In this document: piece after piece, positions 8,573-15,014 of the stretch | How positions within the stretch are numbered: the first letter of the stretch is position 1 | How the letters are laid out: each line of letters begins with the position of its first letter | Assembly: GCA_027310185.1 (NCBI GenBank) | Contig: DAIDBH010000004.1 | Span: 1 to 15,106, forward strand | Length of the DNA: 15,106 nucleotides | Reading direction: 5' to 3' | From: Thermoplasmatales archaeon | GTDB lineage: Archaea > Thermoplasmatota > Thermoplasmata > Thermoplasmatales > Thermoplasmataceae | Notes under the pieces: model-generated | Seen by the model: the letters and a program-made list of their open reading frames with translations, nothing else | Database searches by the model: none | Told to the model about the DNA's origin: nothing | Made by a program: the position numbers and the translations under genes

Positions 8573-9407
8573 AGATCCTGAATATTCTAAAGGGAGATAC
8601 AACACCTGGCTTATGCCCTGGATTCGCAAGAGGATTGCACACAACATGGATGTCCTTGCCCTTGTTGTTGGCCCAAGGGGAAGTGGAAAATCCTACTCAG
8701 CCCTGGAACTGGCCCATACATGTGATTCAACATTCAATCAGGAGAAGGTATTCTTTGATGTTACCGAATTCGTGGACTATATCATTGACGGTAAATTGTC
8801 CAAAGGAAATGCAGCAATCCTGGACGATGCCGGAGTATTCATGAATTCCAGGGACTGGCGGTCCATACAGAACAAGGCCATATCCATTGTAGCCCAGTCA
8901 TTCAGATACAAGAACCTGATCACATTCATTACAGTTCCCAAGGAAAACTATATCGATGCCCAGACTCGAGGGTTATTCAACATTACTTTTGAAGCTACAG
9001 ATGAACAGGGTGTATTCAAGGTGAAGCTCCCAAAGCCCAATCCTTTCAGGAGAGGAGAGGACATGCTGGTATATCCAAGGGAGCAGGTTCCCACAAAGGG
9101 GTTGAGAACCAGAACCATTACTGTCAAGACTACAAAATTCCATCTGCCTCCGCAGTGGCTGATTGACCAGTACGAGGCGAAGAGGGACATCGAGATAAGA
9201 AAGAAGCAGAAGGAGGTTCAGGATCAGCTGCATTCAATTGGAAGGGAGAAGAATAACAATGGATCGTCAAAGAAGGGAAGAAATCCAAATTCAATCAAGA
9301 ACCTTAAGCAATTCAGAGGCAAAAAGCAGCAAGGAGAGAACACCGAAAGCCCCACCGATAGAAAACAAGTATCATCCGAGGTTTCTCCCGAAACCTATAG
9401 CCACTGA
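8556..9407 (+). CDS. P-loop NTPase, Zot/pI-like (FtsK-HerA-related) genome extrusion or packaging ATPase candidate
   Basis: SD GGAGGTGA at 8543-8550 precedes ATG 8556. Walker A is GPRGSGKS (8670-8693) and Walker B is AILDDAG. The downstream FRYKNLITFITVP...IDAQTR parallels the R-H/K-x-x-hhhh-T...ID-x-x-x-R pattern of Zot/pI-type ATPases. Confidence 0.85.
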   Translation: MKLPFEDPEYSKGRYNTWLMPWIRKRIAHNMDVLALVVGPRGSGKSYSALELAHTCDSTFNQEKVFFDVTEFVDYIIDGKLSKGNAAILDDAGVFMNSRDWRSIQNKAISIVAQSFRYKNLITFITVPKENYIDAQTRGLFNITFEATDEQGVFKVKLPKPNPFRRGEDMLVYPREQVPTKGLRTRTITVKTTKFHLPPQWLIDQYEAKRDIEIRKKQKEVQDQLHSIGREKNNNGSSKKGRNPNSIKNLKQFRGKKQQGENTESPTDRKQVSSEVSPETYSH

Positions 9408-9616
9408 CATGTTACCTACATATAAAACAGTCAAAGATGATTGCGTCATGCTCATGAACTTAGGGAAATTGAAATTTGGAGGAGAAATGAAAGAGAGTGA
9501 AATTTGGAATTTAGAAGGAGGGTGAACTAAACGATGCCGATAAGGCCTTGATTAAACTTAGAGGGATATAACTAATAACAAACCAGTAAGAAAAAATAAA
9601 TTTGGAGGAATAAGAA

Positions 9617-10642
9617 ATGGTAGAGAAATGGATTACAAAAAAAGATGGAATGAATGAAAGTAAGCATGTTAAAATAGAGACGTCTAAAAAGACAAGGGAA
9701 GTCATGGTATCTAAAATGGAACCCTCTGCAGGCCAGCTTGAGAAACAGGCATGGGCTATCCTTGGAGATCTCTCTAAGGTTACAACAGTTGATCAGCTGC
9801 TGCTGAGTATGAAGAAATACAGCGGCACACTGGGAAACTACTCGGGAGAAAACTCAATGCTGATCTATATGCAGAATCCAAATGCAACCATAGTCAGATC
9901 GGCCACAGAATGGAAATACTTTGGAAGGGAGGTAAAGCCGGGAGCTCATAAGATGAGCGTGCTGTTTCCCATAGGCATACCGCAGAAAGCAGGACCTGGT
10001 AAACTGAAGGACTTCATGGAGAAGAAGAGGGAAGAGGGATTGAGCGACGAGGCCATAGCGCAGCTTGTAAAGGAGAAATTCAACCTCGAGGGAGATACCG
10101 CATACCACTTTGGCGTTGGCAGTGTATATGATATCAGGGATACCGAGCCTATTCCAGGAAAGCCCCAGAAGCCGGAAGATGAAACAATCAAGGCACAAAC
10201 ATTCTACAAGGATCTGAAGGAGATTGCAAAGAAGCACTATATCGTTCAGGAGGATTCAATAGCCGGAGTGCATGGTGCCAGAGGATACACTGCACATTCA
10301 TCTGATGGGGAAGGGCAGAGGATCGTTGTTATGAAGGTGCCAGGAGAAGATGAGAACGTGCTGCATACATTGATTCATGAAATGTCCCATGCAAGGCTCG
10401 ATCACCTGAAAAGGAAGGATATCCCAAGGGGTATTGCAGAATCAGAGGCGGAACTTTCAACCTACCTTGTTGGAGCGCACTTCGGTTTTGACTTCAAGGA
10501 TGACAGTGCTGCATACATAAAGGGATGGCTCGATGATCCTCAAAACAAAGGGAAGAAGCTGGATAAGGAAAACTTAGACAGGGTTTTGAACAATGCCAGA
10601 TGGCTGATCAACCAGATAACTAATAAGATTGGCAGCCAGTAA
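9617..10642 (+). CDS. ArdC-like protein: N-terminal ssDNA-binding domain plus C-terminal zincin-like metallopeptidase (HExxH)
   Basis: NYSGENSMLIYMQNPNAT...EWKYFGREVKPG fits the ArdC-N/DUF1738 pattern. TLIHEMSH...ESEAELSTYLVGAHFG...SAAYIKGW fits the ImmA/IrrE/MPTase-like pattern. SD GGAGG. Confidence 0.85.
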   Translation: MVEKWITKKDGMNESKHVKIETSKKTREVMVSKMEPSAGQLEKQAWAILGDLSKVTTVDQLLLSMKKYSGTLGNYSGENSMLIYMQNPNATIVRSATEWKYFGREVKPGAHKMSVLFPIGIPQKAGPGKLKDFMEKKREEGLSDEAIAQLVKEKFNLEGDTAYHFGVGSVYDIRDTEPIPGKPQKPEDETIKAQTFYKDLKEIAKKHYIVQEDSIAGVHGARGYTAHSSDGEGQRIVVMKVPGEDENVLHTLIHEMSHARLDHLKRKDIPRGIAESEAELSTYLVGAHFGFDFKDDSAAYIKGWLDDPQNKGKKLDKENLDRVLNNARWLINQITNKIGSQ

Positions 10643-10654
10643 GAAATCTAAAAT

Positions 10655-10719
10655 GCAGAAAAACCAGTCAATCATTTTATCTCAGATAGGCTGGATTTTC
10701 TGCCATCATATTTATTTTT
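10655..10719 (+). terminator. 19-bp imperfect inverted repeat followed by a T-rich tract downstream of the ardC-like gene
   Basis: GCAGAAAAACCAGTCAATC (10655-10673) and GATAGGCTGGATTTTCTGC (10685-10703) are 16/19 complementary with an 11-nt loop, followed by TTTATTTTT (10711-10719). Confidence 0.5.
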
Positions 10720-10746
10720 GATCTACTATGAAAGAAGTTTTTTGAT

Positions 10747-10886
10747 CGTACTCCATAACGTGTGGAGTACGGGTCCGGGAAAGGCTGCCGATTTGTTCTT
10801 TGAGTCCTGAACTCGTGTAAAAGGTTGGCAGCTTACGGATCGACACCATGCCTCGAAAGAGACGAATAGTAGAGTGTTTACCGACC
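10747..10886 (+). ncRNA. Putative IS110 bridge RNA (5' hairpin, target-binding loop, donor-binding loop)
   Basis: Hairpin CGTACTCCA/TGGAGTACG (10747-10771). Stem AGGCTGCCGA/TTGGCAGCTT encloses the inner hairpin GAGT-CCTGA-ACTC. A second module has the inner hairpin TGCCTC-GAAA-GAGACG flanked by GACACC and ATAGTAG, which match the donor junction. Transcript boundaries are approximate. Confidence 0.7.
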
Positions 10887-10921
10887 ACATATTTCCCGGA
10901 ATTACCATAGGAGGTAACAGA

Positions 10922-12067
10922 ATGTATATAGGAATAGACGCACATAAACTTAGCGAATCCGTATGTGTTACGGATAAGGTTGGAACTATACTGGAAGAGT
11001 ACAAAATGGACAACAGTGAAGAGAACTGGAATAAGTTCATGAAGAAATACAGTAAAGATGATGCAGAGATTGCCGTTGAATCATCAACATCAGGAAAGTA
11101 TGTTGCCCATCTGTTGAGGGATAATGGATTCCATCTGCACCTTGCAAACCCAAAGGAGTTGAAGCCAGTATTCAAATCAAACAAGAAGACGGATAAGAAT
11201 GATGCAAGGATTCTTGCAAGGCTTCTCCGTACGGGTGATCTTCCTGAATCATACCTTCCCTCAAAGGAGGTTGATGAACTGAGAACAGCCGTAAGATACA
11301 GGAGGTCTCTTGGAGAGGAGATCACCTCCATAAAGAATAAGGTCCATGCTCTCCTTGCAATTCATGGCATCAGCATAGAGGCTTCAGACATTTTCGGAAA
11401 GAGATCACTGGGCAAAATACTTGCCTCTTCGGACGGGCTTCCGGAAACAGACAGCATCATACTGACAGATCTGATCTCCAGGTTCAGTGATCTGTCACTG
11501 AGGATAGAAAAGATGCAGGATAAGCTTGCATCCATGGGAAATGGCATTGAAGAGGTGAAAACACTCATGACAATACCAGGGATAGATTACTACAGTGCAA
11601 TAGCAATATACTCTGAAATAGGAGACATAAAACGTTTTCCTGACGCTGATCATCTATCTTCATATGCAGGCCTTGTTCCCCGTGTGGATCAAAGTGGAGA
11701 AACTGCAATTTATGGGCACATAACAAAATCCGGTCCATCTGTATTGAGATATTTCATTGTGAATTCGGTACATACACTGATCAAGCTATCGCCAACATTC
11801 AAGAGAGTGTACAGAAAGATGAAGAAGAGGATCGGAAGGAACAGATCAATTATAGCAGTGGCAAGGAAACTTGCCGTTGTCATATATAACATGCTTGAAA
11901 AGAAGAAAGAATTCGTGGAGGAACATGCGTTTAAAACACTGAAGGAGAAGAAGCTGAAGAACATGGCAGCAAGATCTGCAATATCTCATGGATTCAGCAG
12001 GGAAGACATGGAAAATGTAATTAAGGATATTGGAATTCGTTCAAAGTCAACAAGACTTCTTTCATGA
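10922..12067 (+). CDS. IS110-family transposase/recombinase (DEDD RuvC-like plus Tnp20 domain), 381 aa
   Basis: SD GGAGGT at 10910-10915 precedes MYIGIDAHK. Catalytic motifs are GID, AVES and KTDKND. C-terminal motifs are TIPGI...EIGDIKRF and YAGLVPRVDQSG (conserved Ser), plus AVARKL. Confidence 0.95.
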   Translation: MYIGIDAHKLSESVCVTDKVGTILEEYKMDNSEENWNKFMKKYSKDDAEIAVESSTSGKYVAHLLRDNGFHLHLANPKELKPVFKSNKKTDKNDARILARLLRTGDLPESYLPSKEVDELRTAVRYRRSLGEEITSIKNKVHALLAIHGISIEASDIFGKRSLGKILASSDGLPETDSIILTDLISRFSDLSLRIEKMQDKLASMGNGIEEVKTLMTIPGIDYYSAIAIYSEIGDIKRFPDADHLSSYAGLVPRVDQSGETAIYGHITKSGPSVLRYFIVNSVHTLIKLSPTFKRVYRKMKKRIGRNRSIIAVARKLAVVIYNMLEKKKEFVEEHAFKTLKEKKLKNMAARSAISHGFSREDMENVIKDIGIRSKSTRLLS

Positions 12068-12081
12068 CACCTTATCTGTTT

Positions 12082-12100
12082 AAAGGACACAAAAGGACAC
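12082..12100 (+). repeat. Tandem 9-bp direct repeat AAAGGACAC with 10-bp period (possible operator)
   Basis: Copies at 12082-12090 and 12092-12100 overlap TTTAAA (12079-12084), upstream of the regulator gene. Confidence 0.45.
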
Positions 12101-12130
12101 TGTTATGAAATATGTTTAATTTAAGCAATA

Positions 12131-12538
12131 GTGATTACTGCGGAAGAATGCCAGAGTAGAAAATCATCCGCAAGGATTAATTTAAAAACCAAAACACTAC
12201 TCCGGGAGTGGGATAGGCTTCATAGTAGAGGCAGGAAGAGATCCTATGAAGAGATAATCACTGCGCTTTTAGAAAGGGACAGAAACAAATCAAATGCATT
12301 CTTCAATCTTAATCTCCCAGTTGTTGACAGATTCATTCTCACCCTGATAGAAGATGGAGTAAAGACATCAAAGGTTATTCTGACCAGGCTTAAGAAGGAA
12401 AATTTTAACATCTCCTTGAGATCGCTTCAGTCTCACCTGGAATACCTTACCAGAGACAATCTGATTATAAGAAAAAGGAAAGACTATGGAAATGAATACG
12501 AATATTTCATCTCAAATTATGAGAAAGCATTAGAATAA
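12131..12538 (+). CDS. DNA-binding regulator: RHH-like N-terminus fused to winged-helix C-terminal domain
   Basis: SARINLKTKTLL...SYEEIITALLE has a strand-helix-helix pattern. VDRFILTLI...TSKVILTRL...ISLRSLQSHLEYLTRDNLIIRK...EYFI has a wHTH pattern. The GTG start is uncertain. Confidence 0.75.
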   Translation: MITAEECQSRKSSARINLKTKTLLREWDRLHSRGRKRSYEEIITALLERDRNKSNAFFNLNLPVVDRFILTLIEDGVKTSKVILTRLKKENFNISLRSLQSHLEYLTRDNLIIRKRKDYGNEYEYFISNYEKALE

Positions 12539-12732
12539 AGGGCAACAAGAGGATTTATTTTTATCCACAACTCATTTTAAAACCATTTAAGGCTATTCGA
12601 TTAATCTCTTAATATTATTACATTACCAATAAGACACGAGTTTTGACATCTCCTAGTAATTGGACAAAATTTTCTTAAAAAGAGGGGCATGATTATTCCT
12701 TGTAGGTGATCTTTAATTTTGACTCAATACAA

Positions 12733-12760
12733 ACATGTCAAAATGCACATTTTGTCATGT
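12733..12760. other. 28-bp 11-6-11 inverted repeat; candidate tyrosine-recombinase (dif/res-like) site
   Basis: ACATGTCAAAA-TGCACA-TTTTGTCATGT has arms 10/11 complementary and lies 110 bp upstream of the recombinase gene. Confidence 0.55.
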
Positions 12761-12808
12761 CATGAAACCTGCTTTGACTGTTTATTTATATACCAGTCCA
12801 ATTAATCA

Positions 12809-12849
12809 GTAAGAGATCTCTTACAGCACTAACCGGAAACCTATTTAAA
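12809..12849 (+). promoter_or_regulatory. Perfect 16-bp palindrome plus archaeal BRE/TATA promoter for a leaderless recombinase transcript
   Basis: GTAAGAGATCTCTTAC at 12809-12824. GGAAAC is followed by TATTTAAA at 12842-12849, centred ~25 nt before ATG 12870, and there is no SD. Confidence 0.6.
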
Positions 12850-12869
12850 GAGTTAGATAATGTCATGTT

Positions 12870-13502
12870 ATGGCTTTGCCCATCCCAAAGAACATGATGA
12901 TCCAATCAAGTGGAAGATCTCTGTCAATAGATTTTTTTTCAGATGATGAAGTTAAGAAGATCTTTCATGAGATATCTGAAAAGATCAATACAGATAAAAA
13001 GAGAACAGATAAACATAAGCGGTATTTTCTACTGGTTGAATTTCTATATAGAACAGGCGGGAGAATAGATGAAGTTCTCCTGGTTAAACCGTCCGATGTG
13101 AATCTGGCCACAAATTCGATCAGAATGAAGACACTTAAACAGGGCAAAGATAAGAACGGCATTCAAAGAGAGAAATACAGAATTATACCATTGCATTTGG
13201 AATTAAGGGATGCATACATGCAGTATCTACTTGACATGAACATTTCAACAAAATCTGAGGATCCTTTATTTCCAATGTCGAGGCAGGTTGTAGATCTTTA
13301 TTTTAAGAAGATGCAGGATAAACTTGGCTTTAAGGTTCATGCCCACAAGTTCAGGCATACCTTTGCAGTTAAGGCCATAATGGATAATGTGCCATTGAAT
13401 ATATTGCAGCAATGGTTAGGCCATTCATCTGTTTTTACAACATCGATATATACTCAGATAACAGGAATGGATACTTCAGAGTTTATGGAAAGGGTGAAGT
13501 GA
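12870..13502 (+). CDS. Tyrosine recombinase (catalytic domain only, resolvase/Xer-like), 210 aa
   Basis: Full catalytic set: TGGRIDE (R), LKQG (K), HKFRH (H-x-x-R), WLGH (H) and TSIYT (Y). There is no room for an N-terminal core-binding domain. Confidence 0.93.
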   Translation: MALPIPKNMMIQSSGRSLSIDFFSDDEVKKIFHEISEKINTDKKRTDKHKRYFLLVEFLYRTGGRIDEVLLVKPSDVNLATNSIRMKTLKQGKDKNGIQREKYRIIPLHLELRDAYMQYLLDMNISTKSEDPLFPMSRQVVDLYFKKMQDKLGFKVHAHKFRHTFAVKAIMDNVPLNILQQWLGHSSVFTTSIYTQITGMDTSEFMERVK

Positions 13503-13537
13503 AATTGAGTGTTGATGAACGCACATTAGTTGCAGAT
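13499..13537 (+). pseudogene. Probable 5' fragment of a gene coupled to the recombinase and interrupted by the IS200/IS605 element
   Basis: GTGA overlap with the recombinase stop and an SD-like AGGGTGA. It reads MKLSVDERTLVAD up to the IS right end, and the empty-site join (GAT|GTA) stays open. Confidence 0.35.
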
Positions 13538-13700
13538 CTGACATACTCTCCTCGCTAAAGCATCGGAGGTTCTAAGGTCGCTATCACTCATAACGTTGCC
13601 TCTCAAGGGATATCAGTGTTCCCTTTGCACGCATCACTGTCTACATGCAATCGATCTATGCCTTTCTCAAATGCTGGACGCAACGCTATGTTGAATGAAG
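13518..13700 (-). ncRNA. Predicted TnpB omegaRNA/reRNA (3' end of tnpB, right end and flanking guide)
   Basis: Inferred from established IS200/IS605 biology. The scaffold ends at TCAG and the guide is the adjacent flank ATCTGCAACTAATGTG.... The 5' boundary cannot be determined from sequence. Confidence 0.5.
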
Positions 13701-14604
13701 CGTTGGCATCGGCATGATCAACGTGCCCACACTGCGAACACTCAAAACTCTTACCTGAACGGTTGCCTATCTGCCTACATCTCGAACAGTCTTTCGATGT
13801 ATTATATGGGTCAACATAGACAACGGGTATTCCAAGTAGTCTGGCTTTGTATTCTATCATCTGTTCGAGCTGATAGAATGACCAGCTATTCAGGGAATAC
13901 CTGAAATTCCTGCCCGATTTTGCTTTCCTTATGCCTTTTAGGTATTCGAGCTTGATTCCCATTCCATTCTGTTTTGCTTCCTGCACTATTTTTTTCGAGA
14001 CCTTGTTATTGATATCTTTCTCTATTCTACTTTCTCTTCTCTTTGTCTTCTTCACCTTCCTGTATTTACCACGCTTCTGAAGATTCCTTCTAATGCTCTT
14101 ATATTTCTTATGAACATGTTCAGCTTGTTTTCCAAGTTTTAACACTTTGCCTGTTTTGGGGTTGCCTACTACGGCAATATGACTCGTGGCGTTCCGATCA
14201 ATGCCAAGGTAACCGACCGGTTCGATCATGGCTTTCTCCGGAATTAATACCGAAACGTATGCAAAATCCCTGTCCAGTTCAATCTGGCTTATTTTCTCAA
14301 AATCGTTCCTGAAATAATAGCCCAGTTCCAGTCCAAGCGAAGTTATTGTTATTGTCCTGTTTCTATGATCGAACTTAATCCCCTGTGCAGGTACTGTGAG
14401 TTTTACCGATTTGACCTTTTTTGCACGAAAGTTCCTGCTGTATTTCCGGAGAATCTGGTTGGCTATAACGGATTTAAGTCCAAACTGCTTGACATTCTTT
14501 GAGGAGAGTGTTCTGTGCTCTATTGCATACTGTGCTACCTGTTTCGCTTTATTCAGTTCATCGGAGAAATCCCTGTTATGCTTAATTTTAAATGTTAATA
14601 TCAT
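13603..14604 (-). CDS. tnpB: TnpB RNA-guided endonuclease, 333 aa
   Basis: RuvC-I LGIDRN, RuvC-II IKLEYL, WSFYQLEQMIEYKA, Zn finger CSRC...CSQC and RuvC-III HADANA. ATGA overlap with tnpA. Confidence 0.95.
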   Translation of the reverse strand: MILTFKIKHNRDFSDELNKAKQVAQYAIEHRTLSSKNVKQFGLKSVIANQILRKYSRNFRAKKVKSVKLTVPAQGIKFDHRNRTITITSLGLELGYYFRNDFEKISQIELDRDFAYVSVLIPEKAMIEPVGYLGIDRNATSHIAVVGNPKTGKVLKLGKQAEHVHKKYKSIRRNLQKRGKYRKVKKTKRRESRIEKDINNKVSKKIVQEAKQNGMGIKLEYLKGIRKAKSGRNFRYSLNSWSFYQLEQMIEYKARLLGIPVVYVDPYNTSKDCSRCRQIGNRSGKSFECSQCGHVDHADANASFNIALRPAFEKGIDRLHVDSDACKGNTDIP

Positions 14605-15014
14605 ACCCCTTTCTGCTCCTCTATGTATTTTTTTACAACCTCAAGTGTTACTGCACCCACGGAAGAAATGAATTTCGAATGTGTCCACAGGGTTGGAAGC
14701 TTTCTCTTAAGTTCTGGGAACTCATTTCGCAGGACGAACGAACTGTACCCCTTAATCTGATTGACAACGTGATATACACCACACTTTGGATTGATGTCTA
14801 TCAAGAGATGTACATGATCGGGCATAACTTCCATTTCAAGTATCTTGTACTGGTATTCATCCTGCTTCTCCATAATTAGCTCTTTTAGTCTCAGATCGAT
14901 GCCATCCTTCAGGACGCTTCTTCTGTATTTGGGACAAAATATTACATGGTATTGACAACTGTACACCATATGCGACTCATGATGATATTCCTTTTCCTTA
15001 TTACTTATTTCCAT
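14601..15014 (-). CDS. tnpA: IS200-type Y1 HUH transposase
   Basis: YHVIFCPKYRR, HUH motif DHVHLL, IKGYSS, and catalytic Tyr in VKKYIEEQ. Confidence 0.96.
   Translation of the reverse strand: MEISNKEKEYHHESHMVYSCQYHVIFCPKYRRSVLKDGIDLRLKELIMEKQDEYQYKILEMEVMPDHVHLLIDINPKCGVYHVVNQIKGYSSFVLRNEFPELKRKLPTLWTHSKFISSVGAVTLEVVKKYIEEQKGV

Larger units (their letters stand above)
10723..12072 (+). mobile_element. IS110-family insertion sequence, complete, CT core at both junctions
   Basis: Perfect 11-bp subterminal inverted repeats ATGAAAGAAGT (10728-10738) and ACTTCTTTCAT (12055-12065). CT at 10723-10724 and 12071-12072. A ~195-nt non-coding left end precedes a DEDD transposase. Confidence 0.85.

Noticed and set aside
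10715-10747. TTTTTGATC direct repeat (10715-10723 and 10739-10747) as a target-site duplication
   Set aside because: Both copies are at the left junction and IS110 elements do not make such duplications. It is low complexity and partly an extension of the subterminal inverted repeat.
10726-11331. 201-aa antisense ORF in the IS110
   Set aside because: It overlaps the transposase and the structured left end, has no recognisable motif, and is a likely shadow.
12870-13502. SSV-type split integrase or tRNA att site
   Set aside because: The gene appears intact with its own promoter, and no tRNA-like sequence or att duplication is visible in the window.
13695-14879. Plus-strand ORFs within tnpB/tnpA
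   Set aside because: They are antisense shadows of well-supported transposon genes.
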